Positions 1 to 13,867 are shown, counted from the stretch's first letter. The stretch is 64,000 nt of DNA from Chrysomallon squamiferum (GCA_012295275.1 CM022675.1:10974001-11038000); one strand, 5' to 3'. The notes: generated by a model from the sequence alone, not told the origin. Translations and numbers: made by a program.

Positions 1-209
1 GAATATACAAAAGGAAAATAAAAGAAAAAAAGAAAAAGGCATGAAATTAAATAAATATTATGTGTGACAATGTACCGCATTTAGCATACAGGATCATGGG
101 AAAAAATCAAATATATATATATATATATATATAGATTATATAATTACATTTATATATGTGAAATGATAATAATGGTAATAATAGTGATAATAAATAAAAT
201 ATTCATAAA

Positions 210-240
<31 letters not shown>

Positions 241-550
241 TAGTAATAGGAATAATGTTACAAATTTATTTATATATTTATTTATCATTTCCTTTTTTTT
301 TTTCACTTGATCAGAATTATTTAACAACTCATTTTGCTATAAAAGTATATGTACCTAAACCACGTTTAAAAATACTAATAAATAATTACATTTGGAAATT
401 TGGAAGTATTTCGTAATATATATCAAATGTATCAAATTCTGGTAGCGTATATGGTACTATTATTATATTAATTTATTCTATTGTTTCGATATAATTTATA
501 TGAACACATATCTTTGTAACAAAATTGAAATATACAGTATCCGATTGTTG

Positions 551-708
<158 letters not shown>

Positions 709-764
709 ATTTCAAGGCAATTTTATATTATATTTTAAATGTTATTTTTGCCTGCTATTACTGC

Positions 765-812
<48 letters not shown>

Positions 813-1190
813 AATTTCATTTATATATTATCTATAAAGCTTATATTTACAGGACTCTTTATACTCTTTATACTGAATGCGGAATATTATTAATCCTGTC
901 ACCAGAAATGTTTCACAGTATTTTTATGAATGCTTTGTTTTATACATACATGTATACTTAGACTTCGACTTAAATAAAATATATATTATTTTATAAAATT
1001 TTATATTTGACTATAGAACAATACTGAACAACATTAAAAGGAAATAGTTTGATTTATTGTAACTGAGCACAATATATTGTTTGATAAATTTATGCATTCA
1101 TAATTATATTACCAGTTTCCCATTTAAGGCATTTTGTCAGTCAACATTCTTCTGTAATACTTCTTTATATTATTGTTGTTGTTATTATTA

Positions 1191-1288
<98 letters not shown>

Positions 1289-1583
1289 ATTATTATTTTA
1301 CTTTTTTTCATTTGTGAATAAATAAATTTTAATATACAAAAATGATATGTAAATAAAATATATGCATATATTTATACACTGTTACAAATGTTTGATTTGT
1401 TTTCCTTTCTGAGCGTTATTTAGTTTAAAATAACCAGATATTGTTTATCCCATTTTGCATTTATTTTATTTTCCATTGGTTTTGCTTATCTTAATTTTTA
1501 TTTTCATTTTTATTTATTTATTTATTCATACGATTATTTACATTGTGATCATCACTGGTTTCGTTGTTGTTGTCGCTGTTATT

Positions 1584-1643
<60 letters not shown>

Positions 1644-2617
1644 CATCATCATTATTATTATTAATATTATTTTATCATCATCGTCATCATGATTAGTGTT
1701 ATTATCATTACTTCTATTACAACTACAGCTACTACCACTAATAATAATATTACTACTAGTAGTATTTACCTATTTATTTATTTATTTATTTATTTATGTT
1801 TCTACTTTTACTCACATACTTACTAATATTTATATACTCATTTTTATACACTCATTTTTATATACTCATTTTTATATGTATTTTCTTTTTTAATCCGCTT
1901 GAAAACAACCATCAAATATACTGTTTTATTTTCCCTAACCTAGTACCTTATTTAACTCTTTATTTATCTTATTTTTATGGGTTGTTTTCGCTTTCGAATC
2001 CTAGCGGCACGTTTCCCTCTTTGTCTGGGAGGTTGAGCGTGTTTTATTTCGAATAAAAGACCGAGTTGATTTATTGAATTTAAATTCGCTTTCATCGGCG
2101 CGGGCTGCATTTTTCTAAAAGATTCTGTTTAATTCTGGAAATCCACTTTCCAAACGGAGCGAGAAGGAACAATTTATCACCATTAAATCCTGTGTTATTT
2201 GGCGTTTAACATCCCCGAATTACTCTGTGTGATTTTTTTTTTTTTTTTATTATTTATTCTTCTTCTTCGTTTCTGGGTTGTTGTTTTTTTTTTTTTTTTT
2301 TTTCAAACGTTATAACTACTGACCCAAATGCTGCCTACTTTTAGAATTTTATTTTTAAAAAAGTTTACGTTTTTTTTTTTAAATGCGCGTGCTATTTTTT
2401 GGAAACTGTTGCTATATTCAGCGTGGTTTGGTTGATTAAGTAAGCATATTTGTGAAATTTATAAAAAAAGAAAATGAAGAAGAAGAAGAAGGAAAGAAGA
2501 GTATTTTTAGAATGATCTGTTAGTGTTGTATGAACAGGTGTGAATTGGTGGGTTTGTTTGTTTGTTATTTTTTATTAGTTTAGTTGACGCTTTACATTCT
2601 TTCTTTCCTTAATAGGA

Positions 2618-2657
<40 letters not shown>

Positions 2658-2805
2658 GTAGTAGTAGTAGTAGTAGTAGTAGTAGGAATAATAGTAGTAG
2701 TTTGAACTATATAGCATGAACTGAGTTTCTATAACTTGGCTTAACGCAAATAATCTTTGGCGTTGTTTTATAAAGTCTAAAGACTCCTTTATTATTACTA
2801 TTACG

Positions 2806-2856
<51 letters not shown>

Positions 2857-3848
2857 ATTACTATTATTATTATTATTATTATTATTAATTTTAATGTATT
2901 TAATATATCAAATGTAATACGGTATGTTTATATTATTTAAAATATTTGCAGAAATAATCTCTCTTTTTCCTTCTTTTTAAAGTATAATATAATTTACACA
3001 ATGATAAAATTATTTGATATAATTATATTATATTATATTATATTATATTATATTATAACTATGAAAATGCTACATAATAATTAAAATAAGGTTTAAATTT
3101 TATGTTATTATAACGACCGCAGTAAATAAGCACATGGTTAAATAAATAAAGTGAAAGTAATATAAAAAATATATATATATATATAAAGTAAAATAGAAAT
3201 AAAATAAAGTAAAATAAAGTAAAATCAAATAAAGTAGAATTAAACTAATGTGACACCAAATTAAAATATTATAAAATGAAATAATATAAAATAAAATTAA
3301 ATTAAAATAATATAGAATAGAATAGAATAGAATAGAATAGAGTAAAATTAAATAAATGAAAATTAAATAATTAAAATAAAACAAAATAAAAATTAATTAT
3401 AATGGAGTGGTACAAATGTAAAAACAAAATAAAATATTCACGAACTATCGAAAAAGATATGAAAACAAAACAAAACAAAATAAAAAGAAAGTTAAATAAT
3501 CTTAGAGACACATTCAGAACAATTTATAAAACAAAACTTAAATTACGTACCATACTAAGAACGTTGAAAAAAAATATATGAAATCCATATCAAAGAGAAG
3601 TAAAACACAGAACACACACTACATCCACTACATCCTCGTACAGAAATGAAACACTTTGCCATAGCCAACACCTTAGTACATAAAGAAAATGATTATAGCC
3701 ACATAGATAAGTTATGTTAGGAGACCATATTAATTAAGCTATAAAATTAATATACTGCTAAACAGGCATTGCGCAAATGTGTGCAATAGACGCGACATTA
3801 CAGTAAAACCTTAACGATTATGAGCAAATACGGTGTCGGCAAGCTCAG

Positions 3849-3925
3849 TAATGGCCATTATGGGTCACCATAAAATGGAGGTCACTAAATGACACTCATT
3901 ATAAATTTTGCCTTCACGTTATAAA
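3849..3925. promoter_or_regulatory. Intronic cluster of homeodomain-binding sites (HB1-like candidate autoregulatory element)
   Basis: Palindrome TAATGGCCATTA (3849-3860), TTATGG (3858-3863) and CCATAAAA (3868-3875), about 270-300 bp inside the intron. Confidence 0.5.
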
Positions 3926-3939
3926 CTCGATATCTCTCT

Positions 3940-3972
<33 letters not shown>

Positions 3973-4147
3973 GCCCCTCACCCCCTTACTTTCTTCATCT
4001 CTCTATCCCTAACCCCCTTCCTTCTTTTTCTCGCTCACTCTTTCTTCCTCTTTTTTCCACATTCTTCCTTATATTTTTATTTTTAATATTTATATTTATT
4101 TTATTTACGTTTATTTTGTAACCATTTTTTTTTTTACAATAACTCAC

Positions 4148-4706
4148 CGCCGTTTGCAGGCCTCATCCAGGGATACACGGGCATATTCTGAGGTGACATT
4201 CCGTTCACAGGGCTGTACCCGTTGGGCGTGTTTACACTGTTAACGTCGGGCAGCCCCGCCAACTGTTGCTGGTGATAATATAAACTTGGCACTTGGTTCG
4301 GCGAACAACTTTCACTGCCTTTCGTGTCCGCGATCCTGTCGTACGTATTTCCGTAACTGTCCACACCGTTGTGATACATCGGGTACTGGTGCTGCGTTGG
4401 GGGAGAGGAACTGGCGTACTGCGGCGGTTTAACGTCCGCACCACCTACCGTCCGTCCACCTGCACCTCCCCCTCCTCCTCCTCCTACACCTCCTACCCCT
4501 CCTACTCCTCCTCCGTCCATCCGATCGTACGCTGGGTAGCGCATGTACGAATTCGACGAATACAACGAACCACAATTGTCGTAAGTCATTTGCTGCGCGC
4601 TCGGTAAGTACATATTGTCGAGCTTCCCGTCCGCGGAGTACAGCGTTTGCTCCATAGCGGGGCTGGCACCGCTGCCTGGTAAAATATTACCGTAGTACGA
4701 ACTCAT
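4148..4706 (-). CDS. Lox5: Central-class Hox transcription factor, coding exon 1 (partial gene; probably Lox5)
   Basis: ATG at 4706 gives MSSYYGNILP (the SSYF/SSYY N-terminal Hox motif). The Tyr/Ser/Pro/Gln-rich body ends in the hexapeptide MPVYPWMRPANG, followed by the phase-1 donor G|GTGAGT at 4148/4147 (559 nt = 186 codons + 1). Hox status is near certain. The Lox5 assignment is inferred from its position immediately 3' of Antp on the same strand and the YPWMRP context; the diagnostic homeodomain and parapeptide are outside the window. Confidence 0.8.
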
Positions 4707-4794
4707 ACCACTTAATCGCTTTATCCGAACAAATGATTTGTGAGACGGAGAAGCGGCCGTCGTACCATGTTGAAGCAAACCACCCCCACTTTAG

Positions 4795-4890
4795 CTGGCA
4801 TATAATTTCAGCCGACACCGCGAAACATGTGACCCCGCCGGCGCGGCCAATCGCCGGCGAGCGGCGGGTCACGTGACGGTAATGGATTAT
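4795..4890 (-). promoter_or_regulatory. Proximal promoter of the Lox5-like gene
   Basis: CpG-rich block 90-180 bp upstream of the ATG with the E-box palindrome GTCACGTGAC (4868-4877), a CCAAT box (4847-4851), a second E-box-like CATGTGAC (4826-4833) and an AT-rich TATA-like stretch at about 4800-4808. Confidence 0.7.
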
Positions 4891-5148
4891 AGTTTCTCAT
4901 GCACCTGGCAATTTCGACTGCTACCTAATTTTTTTTTTCTTTTTCTTTTTTTTGTTTTTGTTTTGTTTTGTTTCTTACACAGAAAAGACCGATAAGTAAA
5001 GGAGATAAAAAAGGGGGGGAAAGGGGAAGAATGAAATACGAGACGTTATTGTATATAGTTTATGTTTTCTCTCTCGTTCGGATATTGATCGATTCATAAC
5101 AAAATCTAACAAGTTTAGTAAGTGACGTGTTCCTATTAATGTCTCTCT

Positions 5149-5204
5149 GTTATTATTATCATTATTATTATTACTATTATTACTATTATTACTATTACTA
5201 CTAC

Positions 5205-5246
<42 letters not shown>

Positions 5247-5425
5247 TATTATTATTACTATTATTATCATCATTATTACTATTATTATTATTATTACTAT
5301 TATTATTATTATTATTACTATTATTATTATTATTATTACTATTATTATTATTATTACTATTATTATTATTACTATTACTACTACTATTATTATTATTAAT
5401 TCTATCATTATTATTATTAATACTA

Positions 5426-5464
<39 letters not shown>
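5149..5464. repeat. (TAT/TAC)n trinucleotide microsatellite
   Basis: Directly visible; gives rise to the spurious poly-Tyr and poly-Ile ORFs. Confidence 0.95.
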
Positions 5465-5465
<1 letters not shown>

Positions 5466-5925
5466 ATTGTTTAATTTGATTTATTTATGCTTTATTTTAT
5501 TTTATTTTATTTTACTTTGTTTTGTTTTGCTTCAGTTATTTTTTTTCTTACATAATTTAAGTTTTATTTGTTTTTTTCGGTCTCTACTTCTTAATTCTAA
5601 TTCAGTTTTAAATTATTAAAATTTAATCACCTGATATAATTAATTAATTAATTAGTTAGTTTATTTATTTGTTTGCTTGTTTATTTACTTTTTAAAATTA
5701 ATTTTATCATATTTATGTTTGTTTATTTATGTATTTACATTTTAATTAATTTATTTATTTATTTACATTTTAATTTATATATTTATGTAATTTATTTGTT
5801 AATAATTTTTATTTTTTATTTATATATATACTCATATTTTAATTTTTCTTGTTGCTATTTTTATTGTTTCTCTTCATTCATACATTTTTGTTTTGCTGTG
5901 GTTTTGTTTTATTTTATTATTTTTT

Positions 5926-5968
<43 letters not shown>

Positions 5969-6024
5969 TTGTTTCTTTCATTAATACCATTATCATTACC
6001 ATTATTATTATTGTCGTTGCTGTC

Positions 6025-6060
<36 letters not shown>

Positions 6061-6289
6061 TTGTTATTATTTATCACCTTTTTATTACGTGTCTGTTAAA
6101 TTTGTATTTCTTAATAATAGTTTATACAGTTATATAATAAATAAAATTACACGCTTACATACACCAATACATATTCACACATATATTATATTTACAATTA
6201 TTTTTTCACTCATTCTCTCTCTCTCTCTGTCTTTCTTTTTCCCTCTCTTTCTCTCTACCTCTATCTCACACACATTCTCACTCTCACCT

Positions 6290-6746
<457 letters not shown>

Positions 6747-6959
6747 GGAACGAGACAATTGACTCAGAGACAGGACGAGGGAACCTCACTGTGAAGGCGA
6801 GTCTACTCACACTCGTTTCACGAGGTGGCTGAAACACCCATACAAAAACAACCACCTGGAACGAATAAGCCTCGCGAAAACTTTTTTTTTTTTTTTTTTT
6901 TTTTACGATCTTCCAAACACAATGCTTCAAAATATATACCCGTGTAACTGCGGGCAAAG

Positions 6960-6990
<31 letters not shown>

Positions 6991-7317
6991 AGAAGCGCCT
7001 TGATAATGACGGTCATAAACGAATTATGATGGACTCCATTCACTGAGGTTCATGATTAGGTATTAAGCAGAAATCTTTTTTTATTTTTTTATTTTTATTA
7101 TTTTTTTTTGTATATGTTTACCCCGAATTGGCTAGACGAAAACATTAAAATTGAGATACATAACACATGGGATTATGGTCGGTCGGCGGAAAAATAATAA
7201 TAAAGCGAATATTGCTACTACCACTGCTACTACTACGGTTACTTCTATTGCTAGGGCTACTGCTACGACAACAGCAACAACAGCAATAATAATGATAATA
7301 ATAATAATAAAAATAAA

Positions 7318-7372
<55 letters not shown>

Positions 7373-7940
7373 GCAAATTCAAACCGGAGAAGATATCTGC
7401 AATACTAGGATTGGTGACAGTTCCTTTATCATTACAACCTGTCATTACAGACATTAAACGTAGAATATTTCTTACATTGGTCATATTTAACATATCTTTA
7501 TCTACATCTATCTATCTACCTATCTACCTATCAATATATATATATATATATGCCCCTCTCTCTCTCATAAATACACACATACATTTGTCATCTGATTAAA
7601 TTTTTAAAGCATTTTATCCGGCTACCTCAATCTTTTTCTCATAAACAAATTGACCAAAGTATGGCATTAGATAATAACATTTTTGACTACAGTGATAAAT
7701 GTCAAAAGTCGTTTTGTATCTGTGTTGCGGGCTGCTCGTACTGATAAAGTGATATGCAGAACATTATTTTGAGTACCTGAGAACAGTGATACTGATAGAA
7801 TCATATTAACTATATGATGATGGATGTAGTAAGTGAAAGAAACACACGTATCAGGCAAGCACGTAATATTATTTGTTATCGCAAAGACTTCTGTACTAAA
7901 AATGATGTCGTACTGTTATCGAGAGGATGACAGCGGGAAG

Positions 7941-8029
<89 letters not shown>

Positions 8030-8728
8030 CGAAAGAGAAAGAGATACCGAGAGAAATTCAAATGAAATAAAATCTACGATTTTAAAAGATTTATTTATAA
8101 ATACCACAAGAAATAGATGCTAATATGCAGTCACCTTTTACAAGGATTAAGAATTAAAAAAAAAAATTTTTTTTTTTTTTTAAAAAAATGGTAATAAAAA
8201 AAAAGCGAGACGATATCAATATTTTAACATATACAAATTAATGCGTTAATGTTTGCTTTCATTATTCATTATGTAAGCGTGTGAGTACGCGTGTATGTTC
8301 TGTTTAGAATGTCCTTTCATCACGATCTCTTTTTGAAGCGACATTGACGACAGTGTTTCTTTTAACGACGGAATTTTACAACACTTTTTAATAGAAGGGA
8401 AAAAAAAAATAGAAGAGGAAAAAAAATAAAATATTAATAACGATGATAGCAAAGACAAAAAAAAAAAAAAAAAAAAAGAAAGAAAGAAGAGGAAGAAGAA
8501 AAATGTTTTAAAATATTAAAATATTTAAAATATGGGAAGAAAAAAAAAAGATTAAATGAAAAGTACTAAAATGAAATAATATTTTAATGATAATTAAAAA
8601 AGCTTCGTAAATTTGTTTTTTTTCGTGATTTGTTATTTACCTTGTTTTTTGTTTTTTTGTTTTTTAATTTTCTGTATCATTGAAAGACAGAAATAAATAA
8701 AATGAATGAATGAATAAATAAATAAGTA

Positions 8729-8781
<53 letters not shown>

Positions 8782-8934
8782 CAACAACCACAATAATAAT
8801 AAAAAAATCCCAATAATTATGCAAACAAAATAAATCATTTAAAAAACAGAAATAAAAATAATGATTATGAGAAAATAAAATAAAATATATCAATATATTT
8901 AAATATTACAATTAAATTTTAACAAAAATAATTT

Positions 8935-8979
<45 letters not shown>

Positions 8980-9361
8980 CAGAACAAGAAGAAGAGGAAG
9001 AAAAACACAAAAAAAAAAGATTTTTTTATTTTTTATTTAAATTTTCAAAATAATAATAATAATAAAAAAACAAAATCAAAAACGCCACACAAATAAAAAC
9101 ACAACAATCACAACAATGACTGCACAACCGATGTTTATCAGGCGCAAAAATACAGGTACATTCATCTCTAACACCTGCTTATAACACCTCCACTCTCCAT
9201 CCTGTAAAGGGAAAAAGTTTAGCTAAAAATATATACAAAAAAAAATAATAAAAAAAAATAAAAAATGTCCATCAGCGAGAATCGACCTAACACCAGTTGG
9301 TCACGAGATCGAGTCATTACTCACCGGGTGCACACATCGCGTGGCCCGTCCTGGAAAGTGC

Positions 9362-9467
9362 ATTCGTTTGTGAGTACTCACTCCCCATTGTTCGCGAGTA
9401 CTCACCACCCCCCCGCCCGCTGTTCGCGAGTACTCACCCCCACCCGTTGTTCGTTTGTACTCACCTC
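9362..9467. repeat. Short GC-rich tandem array, 4 units of TGTTCG(CGA/TTT)GTACTCAC plus C-rich spacers
   Basis: GTACTCAC cores end at 9381, 9405, 9437 and 9464. Confidence 0.85.
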
Positions 9468-9760
9468 CGGCTTTCGTTTTTTTCTTTCTTTTTTTTATTA
9501 TTATTTTTTTTTTTTACCACATCGTGCTATATTATGCATGGTGCAGAGACAATGTTTTTTTATTTATATTTTTATTTCTGAGTAAATCTTAAACCGTACA
9601 AAACATTTGTGCTAAGGGAAATGTCTGTGATTTCAGTCTTTGGTTTTATTTAATATATCAGTAGGACTGCATTCACAGCAGCAATAGCTGTCATTATAAT
9701 TATCTGTTACCACTGTCACTATTCCAGCATATGCTAATGCTATTGTTGTTGCTGCTGCTG

Positions 9761-9808
<48 letters not shown>

Positions 9809-10099
9809 ATAATAATAATAATAATAATAATACTATTACTGCTACTGCTAATGTTACTACTACTATTATTGCTACGACTATTATTACTGCTATTCCTACT
9901 ACTACTACTACTATTACTAATTCTGTTAATATTATTATTTTTACTATTACTGCTACCAATACTGTTACTACATCTATTACTAATATTACTATTCCTAAAA
10001 AGAAAGGTTTTTAGTAATGGTATTTACTGATACTTTATTTATAATAATAAATAAATAAATAAATAATTAAGATATACGTAAGTAGTTAAATTAAAAATA

Positions 10100-10149
<50 letters not shown>

Positions 10150-10693
10150 ATAATACCAACTATTACAAGAAGAAATAACATTAACTACACAAGCAAACAC
10201 CACGATTATCATCAATCTTACATCTTCACTATCAACACCGTGTACCTAATTATTCGCATTATTCCTCCTACTCGGTGCCAAAGCCGAGATGTAATTTACA
10301 TTTAGTTCATTAAAATATTAGACAATAATGATATTCACCTCTAACATAGCCGTGATCTATAATAATACTCGAGCGAAATGAATTATGCACAAACGCAGCT
10401 GTTACAGAAGCTTTGACAAGACAAATAGCGCAGTACAAATAACCTTGCATGCAATACAGTTGTCAGTCTATCAACTTTGCAACCGTATCCTGATATATAT
10501 GTATGTATGTGTGTGTGTATGTGTGTGTGTGTATGTGTGTGTGTTGTGTGTGTGTTGTTGTGTATGTGTATGTGTATGTGTGTGGATGTGTATCTATATT
10601 TTAGTCTATGTATGAAGAAAAAGATTTTGTATATATGCATGTACATTTCTCTCTCTCTTTCTCTCTCTCTCACTCTGTCTGTCTGTCTCTCTC

Positions 10694-10807
<114 letters not shown>

Positions 10808-11589
10808 TGTGTGCGTCAACCAACTCGTGTTTTTGCTATTTCCTGCTAATGCATATTCATTATATTACCTATTCAATTAATAAACTAATTACAGTAATCT
10901 TACAACAGATCCATTTCATTATACATCATCTTAATAAGCTATTATCCTTCCTTTTCTTCATGCTGTGTTTTTTTTTATTTTATTTTTTTTTTTTTATTGT
11001 TTTTTTTAGGTTTTGTTTTGTTATGTTGATGAAACCACCTCTTATTAGACGCTTATTCTAACGGTAAAAGTGCCGTTAAAATCTTCATAAATCTAACGGG
11101 ACTTGCAACGTTTCACATTCAAATCACTGTCGCGTTTGACAAGATAATCTATCTGCCGAACGACAACATAGGTTGCGATGAAAGGAAACCACTCGTCTGT
11201 AAAACATAAACAAGCCACGTTTACTGCGCATATTGCATGCACGTGTACATATTTGCGCGTGCTTCGACGCTTCGTTGCCTTCGTACTGGACAAAGAGGTC
11301 GTTTATATATACGGTGTACTTCCGTTTCGTTTGGTGCAGGAAATTCTTATTTTTCGTTTTCAGGATTATTCCGACCCGGGATCGAATCTCTTTCAAACAT
11401 TAAATGTTTTTTTTTTTTTTTTTTTTTTATTTTCGCGGTTTGTGTAAAATTGTTATTGCATTAATGGCATAGATCTTTTCCCTCTATAGACTGTTTTAAC
11501 CTTCTCATGTTATAGTTATTTAATTTAGTTTTAATATTTAACGTTTACTTCTGAATGTTAGTAACAGTTTCACTTTTTCGTTTTAAACA

Positions 11590-12230
11590 TGTCAAGCTAA
11601 GCTGCTGTTAATCTTATCATTTGAGAACATCATATCAAGGTGACTGATGATGTATTTCCAGTACATTTCTGACCTAATCCTTTTCGGATACCATAAGATC
11701 AAGGGTATTTCAGTACAGTTAAAAGTCAATTCTTTGAGGATGTCATTCCACGTCAGATGAAACTTAAAGGAGTTGAAGATGACGTTTCAGTACAATTCTA
11801 ACTCAATCCTTAGAGAATATCATTCCAAACCGACAACTTAAACCTTCGAAACTTTCCTAAAGACAATCCTTTAAATACGCTTTTCCAAGCTGTGAGCATG
11901 TCGTTCTAAATGAGTTCATAAAATTTCTCCTTTGAGCGAGTTACTCTAAATTAATTTAAATCTAGTCCTTTGAGAACTGCCTCCCACGCTAATTTGAGCC
12001 TGATCGTCTATCAGTGTCTGGCTAACCATATTCTGCCAAAAGTCATCACAGTTCATTGTTTTAGAGACATCCTAACGTTAGTTTTGATCTGATTCTTTGG
12101 AAAAGCTCTTCCACTTTAAATTCAAACTCTTCTTGTTGCTGTTCTGACATTTCAATCAATCTGGAACGCGACACTTTTGAGAACGTTCAACAAATCAGCT
12201 TAAAACTGTTCGTTTGAATACAGTTTGTCA
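11590..12230. repeat. Highly degenerate minisatellite-like array
   Basis: Recurrent TTT(C)CAGTACA (11655, 11708, 11785) and TCCTTTGAGA-like motifs (about 11728, 11805, 11865, 11928, 11965, 12092, 12173). Confidence 0.55.
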
Positions 12231-12597
12231 AAGCAAATACAAATCTACGCACAAATTATTACAATATGAAATTTCAAATTCAGGAGGTTTATTCCTTACC
12301 GTCCAAATTTATTTTGTGAGAAAATAAAGGGAATCTTCAATGTGACTAATCGTTTCAAAAAAACACACTATTGTATCATGAATTCTTAAATATTTCTTTT
12401 TCTTCTTTTTTCGTCTACTTTGTCTGTGGTGTTTTTTTTTTTGTTGTTGTGTTTTTTAGTCTAGTTTTTAACGATGCCCGCGAATTGTGAGTGTTTTTCC
12501 ACCGAATCTTTTAACAAAGGTTTTCATGATGATAAATTTCTTGAAACAAAAATCCTGCCTGATGCCACAGTTCAGTGTAAATGAAGTAGGTGTGTAG

Positions 12598-12755
12598 AAG
12601 GTTGAGTTATTTTACGATGAATGTCAAATTAAGTGTTGTTTCTAATGACCTATCAGATTGCAGTTTTGAGACGTATGCAAGTCTGTGTGTGGTCTGTAAA
12701 TGATATTGTATTTTACGTGTAACAGTCACCATAGCTTTTCTTATATCTGATATTA
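12598..12755 (+). mobile_element. Short dispersed repeat, copy 1 (SINE- or LINE-3'-end-like, TAT tail)
   Basis: Identical to 62125-62283 except for a 1-nt indel; runs into a (TAT)n tail. The duplication is directly visible; the element class is inferred. Confidence 0.65.
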
Positions 12756-13312
12756 CTATTATTGTTATTATTTGTATTATTATTATTATCTTTTCTTTTG
12801 TTCTTCTTTCATCTTCTTTCTATCTCTTTTTGTTTTTTATTCACCACTTCTTTTTATTCCCTCATACACCATGCAAGCGTACTTCAACCCTATTTACATG
12901 TTAGCGAATAAACTCACATACTCTAGATATACGTAATATATGTGTGCATGCTTGGACTCTATTTCCATGTTGGGAATGACAAAACAATTAGCCTGGAGAC
13001 CAATATACAGAAAGCAATAAAAGGTATTCAAACGTATCATCAACATTGCAAGTTTATTTTTATGGGGGCAATAATATGAGCCGGTCTGTTGCGAGTTTTC
13101 ACTTCTGTTTGCACGCTGGTGTCACTGATTAGTGTTTGAGAAACTGCAAGAGTCATTGTCTGTTTAGAAAGGCGGTGACTATACTGGATTTAAGAGATTT
13201 TGGAAATAATTTTAGAAGTAATAATAATAATAATAAGAAGAAGAAGAAGAACAACAACAACAACAACAAAAAGAGGAAGAAAAGCATTAAAGCAGTTATA
13301 TAACGAGATATA

Positions 13313-13349
<37 letters not shown>

Positions 13350-13444
13350 TGAAAAACGGTCAGTTGATTTCCTTTAAAATATCAAACAAATAAATGTACA
13401 TATAAACAGAGACATAGGGGTACAGAGAGATACAGAGAGAGAGG

Positions 13445-13564
<120 letters not shown>

Positions 13565-13867
13565 AAGGCGAATCGAGTTGTAGTGTTGAAGCCAATGATT
13601 GCACTAAATGTTGAGACTTTCTTACTAATCTGCTAACTCTTTGTTTACTGCGCTGTTGTGTTTTTCAACCCGGGCAGGCGCGCGCCTCTCTCAACAGGTG
13701 ATGAGAAATAAAATATTAATTACCAATCAGTCCTTGAATTTGATCAACACACACGCGCACTTAGGTTGCATACTAATTTTCCTATATCCATTGTGTCCTG
13801 GTTTCGTTTCGATTCCTTTGAATTTGGAAATGAAATAAATTCTTGAAGTGTATATATCTTTTTCTTT

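Noticed and set aside
869-879. TATACTGAATG, resembling part of miR-iab-4
   Set aside because: Only an 11-nt match, lacking the 5' end and any complementary arm. I also saw no miR-10 or miR-993 mature sequence, and these are expected elsewhere in the cluster.
4707-4778. N-terminal extension MLQHGTT... of the 214-aa ORF
   Set aside because: It starts at TTG; the Hox-typical start is the ATG of MSSYY at 4706. The ORF's last codons (4134-4147) are intron.
9362-9467. Repeat-spacer appearance reminiscent of a CRISPR array
   Set aside because: Eukaryotic context, very short repeats, low-complexity related spacers and no cas genes.
11370-11392. B-box-like GATTCGATCCCGGG on the minus strand (similar motif at about 21050)
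   Set aside because: No A box or other tRNA/SINE structure nearby.
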